A DNA stretch of 15,698 nucleotides from an uncultured Deinococcales bacterium. Its GTDB lineage: Bacteria > Deinococcota > Deinococci > Deinococcales > JAAFIG01. The notes beneath the pieces were generated by a model. The model saw nothing but the letters and a program-made list of their open reading frames with translations, was not told where the DNA came from and made no database searches. Numbering within the stretch: the stretch's first letter is position 1; every line of letters starts with the position of its first letter. The stretch covers positions 1 through 15,698 of the forward strand of contig CAXTTL010000108.1 in the NCBI GenBank assembly GCA_964247135.1, read 5' to 3'. The translations under genes were made by a program, and so were the position numbers. Below, piece after piece: positions 1-9,508 of this stretch.

Positions 1-1
1 G

Positions 2-1354
2 GCATTGAAATTGCGCCACAAGGTTGTCTCGAGCATTTATAATTTTTTGGATTCTGAGGGTTTCATTGGCGTCGAAACGCCGATGCTGACAAAGTCCACG
101 CCCGAGGGCGCCAGGGATTATCTCGTGCCGTCCCGCACCAACCCTGGCGAGTTTTACGCGCTGCCCCAATCGCCGCAACTTTTCAAGCAACTCTTGATGA
201 TCGCCAATTTTGACAAGTATTTTCAGATCGCGCGTTGCTTCCGCGACGAGGACTTGCGGGCAGACCGCCAACCCGATTTTACGCAACTCGATATTGAAAT
301 GAGCTTCGTCGATGTGGACGACGTGCTCGAGTTGAATGAACGCTTGATTCAAGATGTTTTCAAAAAAGCCCTGGATGTGGATATTCCAATCCCTTTTCCA
401 CGTCTCCCCTACAAGGACGCCATGAACCGTTTTGGCTCTGACAAACCCGACCAGCGCTTTGGACTCGAATTTAACGATGTCTCAGGTATTCTTAAAGATT
501 CTGGTTTTGGAGTGTTTAAAGCTGCGCTCGAGTCTGGAGGCGCGGTGAAGGTCTTGACCGCGCCAGCCGAATTGTCGCGCAGGCAAATCGAGGCACTCGA
601 GTTTCAAGCCAAACAATACGGGGCAAAAGGGCTGGCGTGGGCAAAAGTGGTGGCTGGGTCGCTCGAGGGTGGAATCTCGAAGTTCCTCTCCCCTGCCGAA
701 GTTACTGGCTTGCTCGAGGTCACAAGGGCACAGGCTGGCAGCACCTTGCTCTTTGGGGCGGACACCTGGGACACTGCCGTCAGAGCCTTGGGCGCGGTTC
801 GTGTGGCGCTCCGAGACGAACTTAAACTCATCACCGCCGAATCGCCGCGCTTTCACTTTTCTTGGGTGGTGGACTTTCCACTGCTCGAGTTTGATGCCGA
901 AAGAAACGCTTACACGTTTATGCACCACCCCTTCACCAGCCCGACGCTCGAGGATTTACCAAAATTTGGCACCCCCGAGATGGGCAGCATGAAGGCTCGA
1001 GCCTATGATCTTGTGCTGAACGGCTTTGAAGTTGGCGGCGGCAGCATCAGGATTCATCAACCCGAAGTCCAAGAAAAAATGTTCAACGCGATTGGCTTTA
1101 GCACCCAGGAGGCTCGGGCGCGATTTGGATTTTTCATGGACGCCCTCGAGTACGGCACGCCGCCCCACGGCGGCATCGCTTGGGGAATTGACCGCATGGT
1201 GGCGGTCATGGCAGGTGCGGACAGCATCCGTGACGTGATCGCCTTCCCGAAAAATGCTCGAGGTGCAGATATCATGGCGGACGCGCCAAGTGCGGTGGAT
1301 GCCAAACAACTCGAGGATTTGCACATCAAACTGAGCGAGAAAAGTACAGCTTGA
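2..1354 (+). CDS. aspS: Aspartate--tRNA ligase (5' end outside window)
   Basis: Motifs [86 protein letters not shown] and IRDVIAFPK. Frame is open to the window edge. Confidence 0.98.
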   Translation, partial: ALKLRHKVVSSIYNFLDSEGFIGVETPMLTKSTPEGARDYLVPSRTNPGEFYALPQSPQLFKQLLMIANFDKYFQIARCFRDEDLRADRQPDFTQLDIEMSFVDVDDVLELNERLIQDVFKKALDVDIPIPFPRLPYKDAMNRFGSDKPDQRFGLEFNDVSGILKDSGFGVFKAALESGGAVKVLTAPAELSRRQIEALEFQAKQYGAKGLAWAKVVAGSLEGGISKFLSPAEVTGLLEVTRAQAGSTLLFGADTWDTAVRALGAVRVALRDELKLITAESPRFHFSWVVDFPLLEFDAERNAYTFMHHPFTSPTLEDLPKFGTPEMGSMKARAYDLVLNGFEVGGGSIRIHQPEVQEKMFNAIGFSTQEARARFGFFMDALEYGTPPHGGIAWGIDRMVAVMAGADSIRDVIAFPKNARGADIMADAPSAVDAKQLEDLHIKLSEKSTA

Positions 1355-1379
1355 ACTCGGGCAATCGCCAAGGTGAGAC

Positions 1380-2459
1380 ATGTCACGAATCTTTTGGTTG
1401 TTGCTTTGTGTTGTGGCATTCCTACTTTTGGTTCAAACTCGAGCCATAGAAACGCAATCAATCTGTGGGTCAACGCCTGAAACCTCAACGCCATTGTTAA
1501 AGTTGCCCGCTGTGGTTTCGGGCAGGGTTGCGTTTTATGCGGCGGCGTACCGAAACGGTGTCTTGATACCCAATACTGCTGTCGCCGTAGGTGATCCAAG
1601 CGCTGTGTATCCGATGGAAAGTATGCACAAGACTTTTGTGGTTCACGCCGCCATGCGAGCGGTGGATGCTGGAACATTGCGGCTTGAGCAAAAATTCAAA
1701 ACCACGTCAGCCAATCAAAGTATCGAAACCTACCCGAAGGGTTCAAACAGCCTGATCGAATTGGCAAAACGCGCGATTGCCAAGAGTGACAATACAGCGA
1801 GCGATATACTTCACACGGCGGTTGGTACAGCATCTCTGGCTCGAGATATTAAATCGATTAGCCCTTGTACCACGATTTTACTGACCAGCAAGGCGTACTG
1901 GGCGGCGCAGGGCGGGTTGTCCTCGGGTGTGCTTGGAAAAGACTTGCAGGCTGGCGCTCAGCGTTATGCCACACTGCCGTTTGAGCAACGACTTTTGGTC
2001 GCTTCGCGCTTAAATGCCGCCGCTCAAAAGGTGAAAGCCTCCGCAGTTGAACGTGCCATTGATCGATATTTTCACAGCGCAAGCTACACCCCAGTACTCG
2101 AGTTATGGTTGCAAAACACCACGACTGCACGAGCGTTTACAGATTTGTTGGTGAACGTAATACTGGCAAATGATTTAAAGCCGCAAACACGCAAAGTCTT
2201 TCGTCAGATCATGATATCAGGCTGCTGTTTTTCAAAGAATTCTCCTTTGCATTCGGTTTATCGAGCGGCAAAGGCTGGCAGTGGATGGCGAATGCTGATG
2301 TTGAGCGGTTATGCAGAATTGCCGCAAGGTTTGAGGTTGGCTTATACCTATCTGAACGATCAAAGCAATGGTTTGGATGCTGAGGTCATGGAAAAGCAAA
2401 TTCGTCCAATCAACATTTGGATCGATAAGTTACTGATCAGGCTAAAGGTTCAAAATTGA
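1380..2459 (+). CDS. Secreted serine hydrolase, class A beta-lactamase-like / PBP fold
   Basis: N-terminal hydrophobic signal; SxxK (ESMHK), SDN (KSDNTASD) and KTG-like (KAGSG) motifs in the expected order; TTTARA segment; RBS-like AAGGTGAG upstream. Confidence 0.8.
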   Translation: MSRIFWLLLCVVAFLLLVQTRAIETQSICGSTPETSTPLLKLPAVVSGRVAFYAAAYRNGVLIPNTAVAVGDPSAVYPMESMHKTFVVHAAMRAVDAGTLRLEQKFKTTSANQSIETYPKGSNSLIELAKRAIAKSDNTASDILHTAVGTASLARDIKSISPCTTILLTSKAYWAAQGGLSSGVLGKDLQAGAQRYATLPFEQRLLVASRLNAAAQKVKASAVERAIDRYFHSASYTPVLELWLQNTTTARAFTDLLVNVILANDLKPQTRKVFRQIMISGCCFSKNSPLHSVYRAAKAGSGWRMLMLSGYAELPQGLRLAYTYLNDQSNGLDAEVMEKQIRPINIWIDKLLIRLKVQN

Positions 2460-2485
2460 CCGGCAACCCCAAGTGGAGTTCGTTA

Positions 2486-2526
2486 TGTGAATTAATTCAC
2501 GATTATTTTTTGCTTGTGAATTAATT
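2486..2526. promoter_or_regulatory. CRP/FNR-like box TGTGA-N6-TCACG (contains perfect palindrome GTGAATTAATTCAC) plus a partial second copy
   Basis: 2486-2501 is TGTGAATTAATTCACG; TGTGAATTAATT is repeated at 2515-2526. Confidence 0.35.
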
Positions 2527-2549
2527 ATTCTATTTTTACCTTCTTTAAC

Positions 2550-2592
2550 TCGGTGAAAAGAAACCCTGACCAGCCGTCTCACTGGTCAGGGT
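2550..2592 (-). terminator. Rho-independent terminator of the GH55-like gene
   Basis: 11-bp stem ACCCTGACCAG (2563-2573) / CTGGTCAGGGT (2582-2592) with an 8-nt loop, followed on the minus strand by TTCTTTT. Confidence 0.8.
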
Positions 2593-2613
2593 CAATCCTC
2601 TTAAGTTTAAGAT

Positions 2614-4509
2614 TTAGGGAAAACCAACGATATTTACTGGATTTGTTGCCACACCTTGCGCCGGTCCACCAGTGTCGTTAACCACATGGTCTATGACACC
2701 ATTGCCACCAAGTGAGACGGTCAACAGGTCGTGTAATTTAACCCCCGCCGTGACTGGAACCTCGAAGCCACGCGCCGCGTGAATCGTAGGGTCAACATTA
2801 AAAAAACAGTAGCTTCCCAGACCCCAAGCCTCGTGCGTTTTGACAGAATCCGCGACCTTGTAGGCAGGGTAACCATTGATGCCATCGTGACTCCAGGCGG
2901 CTTGATTCGGCGGATCGTAAGGCATCTCGTTTTGGAACATGATCGTCCGACCGCGCTCGCCGTTCCAGATGACTTGGGTTTTCTGAAAATGTTCGACAAA
3001 CAGACCGTATGCCGTGACATCATCGCCATTGACCAGCACCCCAGTGTCGGCGGTGTTCAGCGTCCAGCCGACGCCGTTGCCGTGATCGGCTCGCCAAACC
3101 CAAAGGTCGTCCAATAAAACATTGTCGCTGTTGATCACCAAACTGGTCGTGGCTTTGCCAAGCGTTGCGCCGCCGATTCTAAAGAAAACATCTTGAAGCG
3201 AACTCGGGTCGTTGGGGTCACTCCTGTGGGCGCGGCGATTGCCAACTTGAAGCAGGTTGGGCGAGTTTTTGGTGCCAGCGTCAAACATCAAACCGGCAAG
3301 CTTCACGCCTTTCACGTCGCTCACTTTCATTGCCACGATACCGTCATCGGGAATCAGGGTCGGAAAACCCAGACCAAGCACGACCGTGTCGGCTCGTTTG
3401 ACCTGAATGGTGTCCTCGAGATGATAAATCCCTGGGGTGAAAATTAAGTTTTGACCTCGAGCCAGGGCGTCATTGATTTCCTCCTCGGAGTCGGATGGTT
3501 TGGCGACAAAAAATCGATTGATCGGGATCGATTGACCAGCCGCTGAACCACCGCTCCAAGTTGTACCAAGCGAATCGCGGCGCAAATCGGGAACGAAGAC
3601 CTTGTAAAGACCAGCCGAATCAACGTATAGAAACGGTTTCTCGCGGGTCACAGGGCTTGTTGCCAAGGTGGTGTAGGGCGCAGGATCATAGGCTGTGCTC
3701 GAGAAGGATTGGGCGGGAGCGCCAATCACGCCAGAGAAAACCTGATTCCAAACCCCGTTGGACCAACCGCCGATGCTGCTGTCGCGCACCAGAAATTGCT
3801 GCTGAGAACCGTTGATGATAAAACCGGTCTGCGAGTCGGAGATAAAGCCACCGCTGGCAAACTGCGGACCGGCGGTGCAGTAATCCATCAGCGTCAAGTT
3901 GCCGCCGGTGATATTGACCCTGCGCAGCGGCGCGGCTTGAGACACCGCCCAAAAATTGCCCGAGGAACGACAATCTGCCAGACCCTTGACGTTGACGGTC
4001 AAGTTCGAGAGTGAACGCCAAAAATTGTCGAGCGCGATACAGTTGTTGGCACTCAAACAGCGGTTGTAAACGTCAACGTGACCGTTGATCATGACATCTG
4101 TGGGCAATGCACCGAGTCCAGCCACCTCGGTGTAATACCCGACCTGAAAGACCAGCGGGTTCGCGTCGCTGCCGTAAACGCCAGGTTTGAACAAAAGGCT
4201 GTAACGCTGCGCGCCCATCTCGTTGTCAACTTGCTGGTTGGCGATGGCGTCAACCGTCGCCTGAATTTGACTGAGCGGCATACTTGGATCAAAGATTTTC
4301 ACGTTGGGTCCAAAATCAACCTTTCGAGATTTCAGGTCAGACGAAACGCCAGTCTGCTCGAGGTTGCTTGCGGCGAGGTCCGCTGGAATTGTTTGTTGAC
4401 CGCAAGCGCCGAGAACCACGATCAAACCGCTCAACCAAGCCAAGGGCGAACTTACGGCGTTTCGGACAAAAAGATCAAAAAAACGACTCGATTTTTGGGG
4501 ATGATCCAT
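2614..4509 (-). CDS. GH55-like exo-beta-1,3-glucanase, predicted lipoprotein
   Basis: Start ATG at 4509 with RBS AGGAGAAAGGA; lipobox LIVVLGAC; motifs DFGPNVKIFDP, LLFKPGVYG, GYYTEVAGLG, NFWRSLSNL, WAVSQAAPLRR, WRADHG, GLFVEHFQK, FQNEMPYDPP and HEAWGLGSYCFF, as I recall them from actinobacterial GH55 (Lam55A-type) beta-helix enzymes. Confidence 0.8.
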   Translation of the reverse strand: MDHPQKSSRFFDLFVRNAVSSPLAWLSGLIVVLGACGQQTIPADLAASNLEQTGVSSDLKSRKVDFGPNVKIFDPSMPLSQIQATVDAIANQQVDNEMGAQRYSLLFKPGVYGSDANPLVFQVGYYTEVAGLGALPTDVMINGHVDVYNRCLSANNCIALDNFWRSLSNLTVNVKGLADCRSSGNFWAVSQAAPLRRVNITGGNLTLMDYCTAGPQFASGGFISDSQTGFIINGSQQQFLVRDSSIGGWSNGVWNQVFSGVIGAPAQSFSSTAYDPAPYTTLATSPVTREKPFLYVDSAGLYKVFVPDLRRDSLGTTWSGGSAAGQSIPINRFFVAKPSDSEEEINDALARGQNLIFTPGIYHLEDTIQVKRADTVVLGLGFPTLIPDDGIVAMKVSDVKGVKLAGLMFDAGTKNSPNLLQVGNRRAHRSDPNDPSSLQDVFFRIGGATLGKATTSLVINSDNVLLDDLWVWRADHGNGVGWTLNTADTGVLVNGDDVTAYGLFVEHFQKTQVIWNGERGRTIMFQNEMPYDPPNQAAWSHDGINGYPAYKVADSVKTHEAWGLGSYCFFNVDPTIHAARGFEVPVTAGVKLHDLLTVSLGGNGVIDHVVNDTGGPAQGVATNPVNIVGFP

Positions 4510-4815
4510 GACAATCCTTTCTCCTGCTGACCTGCCGAGTAAATATCTGCACCTACATTTCGTGTCTTGCCAATTGGGCAAAAGTTCGTTCCTGATCTGG
4601 CAGGTTCGCCAAACATTACCGATCTTAAAAGGGTCATATTGAAATGTCGATTCCGCTAAAAAAGCGAAACAATCATCTGGTCAAATCATGTAAACAACAG
4701 CACAAATGAATTTTATGTTGTGCATCCATTCTTACTGAAGCAAAAGATCGAAAAAGTACGTTCGGCTACGTTTCAAAATCGGTGCGAAAGTCTAAATTTC
4801 AAACAACTTTGCCGC

Positions 4816-5922
4816 TCAAGCAACCCGAATCCCAGCCACAAAAACGGCTTGAACCTCGAGCCGATCATCAAGCACCACCATATCGGCGTCGCAGCCAGGC
4901 TCGAGTCTGCCCTTTTTTTTCAGTCCCAAATAGCGTGCGGGGTGGCTGACGGCAAGTTGAACTGCCGTTTCAAGCTTGAGTCCAGCACCAACCGCATTTC
5001 GCACGGCTTGGTCCATCGTCAGCAGGCTGCCCGCCAGCGACCCGTTCTCGAGCCGCGCCGCGCCGTCCTCGACATGCGCCATTTGCCCGCCGAGGTCGTA
5101 ACTGCCGTTTGGCATTCCGGCAGCCCGCATGGCGTCGGTGATCAGCATCAGGCGGTCTGGTTTGGCGTTGAGGGCGGCTTTAAAACTCGAGAAATGCACA
5201 TGATGCCCGTCGAGAATCAATTCAGCCCAGACGTCGGGGTTGGCAAGGATCGCGCCGACGATGCCAGGATTGCGCCCCTCGAGTCCGCCCATCGCGTTGA
5301 ACAGGTGCGTGCCGCTGGCGAAACCACCAGCATTTTCAACGATGCGAAACGCTGACTCAACTTGGTCGGTGCCGGCGACGCTGTGCCCGATGCTGACCCT
5401 CACCCCTGCTCGAGCGAACACGGCGCAAGCCTCGAGTGCCTGGGGTTGTTCGGGGGCGATGGTGACGACCCGAATCACCTCAAAGTCCAGAACCTCTTGA
5501 ACGCGGTCCGTGGTGGGTTCGACCACAAAATTGGGTTGAGCGCCCAATCGATGCGGACTGACAAACGGACCCTCGAGGTGAACACCCAACACTCGGGCGC
5601 CAGAACTCGGCTCGAGCATGAATTGTTTGGCGTTCGCCAGGGCGGTCATGACGCTATTCCAGGGATTGGTGATGGTCGTGGCGAGCAAACCAGTCGTACC
5701 GTGTTTGGCGTGGAAATTTGCCATACCGCGAATTCCAGCAAGCCCGTCCATCGTGTCAAAACCGCCGCCGCCATGAACGTGAACATCGATAAAACCAGGC
5801 ACGATACACGGCGCGTTTTGAGGCACTGAGGCGTGGCTGATCGTTGTTATCGAAGCATCAAAATCAATCTTGCCGACTTGCCAACCGTTGGGCGTCAGAA
5901 TGCGTCCTTGCAATGAAGTCAT
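4816..5922 (-). CDS. nagA: N-acetylglucosamine-6-phosphate deacetylase
   Basis: PGFIDVHVHGGGG, GVHLEGPF, THLFNAM, LILDGHH, LITDAM, LAGSLLTMD and G.DADMVVLD motifs; ATG at 5922. Confidence 0.95.
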   Translation of the reverse strand: MTSLQGRILTPNGWQVGKIDFDASITTISHASVPQNAPCIVPGFIDVHVHGGGGFDTMDGLAGIRGMANFHAKHGTTGLLATTITNPWNSVMTALANAKQFMLEPSSGARVLGVHLEGPFVSPHRLGAQPNFVVEPTTDRVQEVLDFEVIRVVTIAPEQPQALEACAVFARAGVRVSIGHSVAGTDQVESAFRIVENAGGFASGTHLFNAMGGLEGRNPGIVGAILANPDVWAELILDGHHVHFSSFKAALNAKPDRLMLITDAMRAAGMPNGSYDLGGQMAHVEDGAARLENGSLAGSLLTMDQAVRNAVGAGLKLETAVQLAVSHPARYLGLKKKGRLEPGCDADMVVLDDRLEVQAVFVAGIRVA

Positions 5923-5931
5923 AAACAAATT

Positions 5932-7137
5932 TTAAGGCTTTGGCGCTCGAGATTCCAAAGCCCAGGCTTTAAGCTGGCTGGGGGTCACAGGCTGCTCGAG
6001 CAGGCGTTGAAACCAAGCCAATTTGTCATTGCCAGCCAGCAGCGGCTCGAGCAGGTCATAACCCGTGGTGTAGGTGTAAATGTAGGCTCTGGCATGGTGA
6101 ATAAACTCGAGTCTCTTGTCGGCTTGGGTTGGTGTCAAGAGTTGATAATGCTGCAAATACTCGAGCACGGCTGACGGTGTTTGAAACTCCTCAAACAGCA
6201 TCAGCGCGCCATTGCAGGCGGCATAATTCAGGTCTGCTCGAGCCTGTTGAATGTGAAGTTCGGTTTGTACTTCTTCCAAGTTGAGGTTTAATCCCGCAAC
6301 GTTGCAGAGTTCATCGGTGATCCAAACAGCCAACTCGGATTGGTCCATGACAACACCCAGCGCACTGGTGGCAATCCCTTCGGCGAGAACACATTCGGGC
6401 GAATCGAGCAGTTGAATCCCAAATTCTTGCCAGTCGTTCCCCTGCACCAGGTTTTGTTCTTTTAAGACGTGTTCGGTGTGATGACCTGGGTAAGATTCGT
6501 GGGCGACCAAATCTGGCAGATCGGTGATAAATTGCGGCAAATCGGTGTTGACCTCGATTCTCGAGCGACCATTTCCCAAATACCAGTTGTAACCGCCCCA
6601 GGGTTTATTTTGCACCAAGTCGTATTGACACGATTCGGGTTCGGGCAAGCCAAATAATTTTTTGCTGCGTTCTCGCAACTCGAGCGAAATTGCGTCCATC
6701 ACAGCTTGAATTCGATTGGGTTGGATGATGAATTTGTCTCTGAAGGTTTGTCTGCGATCATTCAACGAGCCGATACCTGGCAGCAGTGCTTCGAGTTTTT
6801 GGTGGGCAGCTTCAAACAAACCCTCTGGTTTACGAGTTGGCTCGATGTCGTGCAAGCCTTTGACTTCCTCGAGAAACGAGATCGAATTTCCAGATTTGAG
6901 TTTGACAAGGGTTTGCATGGCTCTGATTTGCACACTCAAATAATCGCGCCGTTCCGAAGACCCGAGATTGGCAATTTCGGTTTGGAGTAGCTCGAGTTCC
7001 TGTGCCAGGTCGTTTAAATCGCTCGAGAACGGCTGAGTCCATTCAAGATTGCCGAAATAGGCATCGATAAAACCAGGCTTGTGAAAGTTGACACCGTGTG
7101 CGGCGCGAATATAACGTTCGGCAATGGAGGCGCTCAT
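5932..7137 (-). CDS. DUF885-like putative zinc metallopeptidase
   Basis: AHESYPGHHTE, downstream EGIA and YIYTYTTG motifs; 401 aa; stop lies 9 nt before the nagA start. Confidence 0.65.
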   Translation of the reverse strand: MSASIAERYIRAAHGVNFHKPGFIDAYFGNLEWTQPFSSDLNDLAQELELLQTEIANLGSSERRDYLSVQIRAMQTLVKLKSGNSISFLEEVKGLHDIEPTRKPEGLFEAAHQKLEALLPGIGSLNDRRQTFRDKFIIQPNRIQAVMDAISLELRERSKKLFGLPEPESCQYDLVQNKPWGGYNWYLGNGRSRIEVNTDLPQFITDLPDLVAHESYPGHHTEHVLKEQNLVQGNDWQEFGIQLLDSPECVLAEGIATSALGVVMDQSELAVWITDELCNVAGLNLNLEEVQTELHIQQARADLNYAACNGALMLFEEFQTPSAVLEYLQHYQLLTPTQADKRLEFIHHARAYIYTYTTGYDLLEPLLAGNDKLAWFQRLLEQPVTPSQLKAWALESRAPKP

Positions 7138-7142
7138 GGTTT

Positions 7143-7151
7143 AGAATACCA
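7143..7151 (-). promoter_or_regulatory. Extended -10 (TGGTATTCT) 5 nt before ATG; probable leaderless promoter
   Basis: Minus strand reads TGGTATTCT-AAACC-ATG, with no SD sequence. Confidence 0.6.
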
Positions 7152-7185
7152 GTTCGGTTGCCCCTGGTTCGCAAATTCTTAAACT

Positions 7186-7194
7186 TGGTATAAT
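7186..7194 (+). promoter_or_regulatory. Extended -10 promoter of etfBA
   Basis: TGGTATAAT followed by a GAGG SD (7202-7205) and ATG at 7215. Confidence 0.65.
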
Positions 7195-7214
7195 ATTTGG
7201 CGAGGTTTACATCC

Positions 7215-7967
7215 ATGAAAATTCTATGTTTAATCAGGCAAGTCCCTGACGCCGAAGCCCGAGTCAAAGCGCAAAACGGTCGGGTCGATCTCGAGGGGGC
7301 AACCCTGGCGCTGGACGGCATGGACGAGTACGGGGTCGAACAGGCGCTGCGAATCAACAGCGACGGCGCGAACACCGTGGCGGTCGCCCTGGGCGGCGCA
7401 CGATTTGAGGACGCGATCCGTCGGGCGCTGGCAATGGGACTCGAGCGAGCGATTCACGTCGAATCGAGCGAATACCTGGATGTGGTGACGCAAGCCAAAA
7501 TCCTGGCTAGAATCGTACTTGACGAACAGCCGGACATCGTTTTTTGTGGCGGACAACACGCCGACACCGACTCGCAGGCTTTGGGGGCGGCGCTGGCGCA
7601 GGCATTAAATTGGAATCAAATCACCTGGACGACGGCGCTGGATATTGACAACCCGAGCGTCAAAGCCACGCATGATGTCGACGACGGCAAGGAACAACTC
7701 GAGCTTGGGTTGCCTTTGGTCATCACCACCCAACAGGGCTTGAACGAGCCGCGCTATCCAACCTTGCCGAACATCATGAAAGCCAAGAAAAAAGAGATTC
7801 GCAAGGCGAGTTTGGCGGATTACGGCGTTACGGGCGGCAAAGTGCGGGTGGTCAGTCAAGAGATTCAGGAGAAGAAACGCTTGAACAAACTGATCGACGG
7901 CAAAGATGCCACGGCTGCCGCCGAAGAGCTGGTCAAACTCTTGCACAACGAAGCGAAGGTGATTTGA
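7215..7967 (+). CDS. etfB: Electron transfer flavoprotein beta subunit
   Basis: [48 protein letters not shown]. Confidence 0.95.
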   Translation: MKILCLIRQVPDAEARVKAQNGRVDLEGATLALDGMDEYGVEQALRINSDGANTVAVALGGARFEDAIRRALAMGLERAIHVESSEYLDVVTQAKILARIVLDEQPDIVFCGGQHADTDSQALGAALAQALNWNQITWTTALDIDNPSVKATHDVDDGKEQLELGLPLVITTQQGLNEPRYPTLPNIMKAKKKEIRKASLADYGVTGGKVRVVSQEIQEKKRLNKLIDGKDATAAAEELVKLLHNEAKVI

Positions 7968-8918
7968 ATGATTTTGATTCTGGCAGAGCACGATGGCGTT
8001 AAACTCAAAAAAACCTCGCTCGAGATGGTTTGGGCGGCTCGAGGTGTCCATCCAGAAATCACGGTTGCCCTTTTGGGCGCGGGCGCGGGCAATGTGGCGG
8101 AGGAAGCCGCAAAATACGTGGGGCAAGTCTTGGTGGTTGAAGACCCCAAACTCGAAACGTATGACGCTCGAGTCTACAGCCAAGCCTTGCAACAGATCGC
8201 TGAGCAGGCTGAGGCGAGCGTGGTCTTGATTGCGGGGACCCGAGCCGGGCGTGAACTCGCGCCGCGACTTGCGGTACGCTTGGATGCGCCCTACCTCGAA
8301 GATGCCGTCAAACTTGAGGGCATCGATGGCGGCTTGCGAATTTCGCACTATGCATTTTTGGCTCGGGTCACCGAGACGCTCGAGGCGACGGCTGCCGTGA
8401 TCGTCGCCACCGTCAAACCAAACACGCATCCCGCCGCCGAATCAAACCCGCAGCAGGGAGAAATTTTTGAGGTCGAACTCGAACTGGACGCCTCGAGTGT
8501 CCGTGTTTTGGGTCGCACCCAAGAGAAGACCGCTCGGGTTGCCCTGACCGAAGCCAGCCTGGTCGTGACCGGCGGGCGCGGCATGGGCAGCCCTGAGAAT
8601 TTTAAACTGATCGAAGACCTTGCCGATGTGCTCGGGGCGGGCGTCGGCGCGACCCGAGCGGCGGTGGACGCGGGTTGGCGACCCTACGCCGAACAGGTCG
8701 GACAAACCGGAAAAACGGTACAGCCCAACGCCTATATTTGCGCCGGGGTGTCGGGCGCGGTGCAGCACCTGTCTGGCATGGGCAAAAGCAAATACATTGT
8801 CGCCATCAACAAAGATGTCGAAGCACCGATTTTTAAGGTTGCCGATTACGGGATCATCGGCGACCTCAACTTGATTCTGCCGGCGCTGACCGCCGCCGCC
8901 AAACGATTGAAAGATTAA
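7968..8918 (+). CDS. etfA: Electron transfer flavoprotein alpha subunit
   Basis: [71 protein letters not shown]; abuts the etfB stop. Confidence 0.96.
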   Translation: MILILAEHDGVKLKKTSLEMVWAARGVHPEITVALLGAGAGNVAEEAAKYVGQVLVVEDPKLETYDARVYSQALQQIAEQAEASVVLIAGTRAGRELAPRLAVRLDAPYLEDAVKLEGIDGGLRISHYAFLARVTETLEATAAVIVATVKPNTHPAAESNPQQGEIFEVELELDASSVRVLGRTQEKTARVALTEASLVVTGGRGMGSPENFKLIEDLADVLGAGVGATRAAVDAGWRPYAEQVGQTGKTVQPNAYICAGVSGAVQHLSGMGKSKYIVAINKDVEAPIFKVADYGIIGDLNLILPALTAAAKRLKD

Positions 8919-8965
8919 CTGGTTTTTTCGTGTCCTTGTTCAACATCTCGAGGATAAAATAATGT

Positions 8966-8997
8966 GGATGCTCGAGGGTTCACTGACTCGAGCATTC
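8966..8997. other. Intergenic hairpin with CTCGAG in both arms (possible terminator/stabiliser)
   Basis: GGATGCTCGAG - 10-nt loop - CTCGAGCATTC, with one G.U pair. Confidence 0.5.
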
Positions 8998-9034
8998 AAA
9001 CGCCAAATGCACGACCATGACTTAAACTGCATTG

Positions 9035-9508
9035 GTGAACCCAGACCTCGAAATGTTGTTGCGTTTGCTGGCGGCGATGGTCCTGTGCGGCTTGATCGGC
9101 TTTGAACGCGAGGCTCGAGGAAAATCGGCGGGTTTGCGCACGCACATGCTCGTCGGCTTTGCATCGGCAATGTTTGTGGTTTTGGGCGAGATCGTCATGG
9201 CGAGGGAGAGCGCTCGAGGCTATGCGGCGCTGAAACTCGACCCGATTGCGATCATCGGGGCGACGATTTCGGGCATCAGTTTCTTGGGCGCGGGCACCAT
9301 TTTCATGAGTCCCGCAGGGCGCAAACACGGTTTGACCACCGCCGCCAGCATCTTGGGTTCTGCGGGTGTGGGCATGGCGTGCGGACTCGAGCGCTATGTT
9401 CTGGCAGTTGGCAGCACGGTTTTGTTGGTTTTGATCTTGGGGTTTTTTGGCTACCTGGAGCGTGAAATCATCAAACAGCAAGTCAAACACGCCACGGACG
9501 AGCCATGA
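9035..9508 (+). CDS. MgtC/SapB family membrane protein
   Basis: GLIGFERE, KSAGLRTHMLV, GISFLGAGTI, GLTTAASI. GTG start chosen because TAAACT (9023-9028) lies 6 nt upstream (leaderless-type). Confidence 0.9.
   Translation: MNPDLEMLLRLLAAMVLCGLIGFEREARGKSAGLRTHMLVGFASAMFVVLGEIVMARESARGYAALKLDPIAIIGATISGISFLGAGTIFMSPAGRKHGLTTAASILGSAGVGMACGLERYVLAVGSTVLLVLILGFFGYLEREIIKQQVKHATDEP

Noticed and set aside
4510-4581. N-terminal extension of the GH55 ORF from TTG 4581
   Set aside because: A strong RBS precedes ATG 4509 and the extension looks non-coding.
4651-4669. CGCT-N5-AGCG inverted repeat upstream of GH55
   Set aside because: Short, single copy and plausible by chance.
4720-9490. Long antisense ORFs (e.g. 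4720-5355, 7605-8429, 8996-9490)
   Set aside because: They are shadows of well-supported genes on the opposite strand and have no recognisable motifs.
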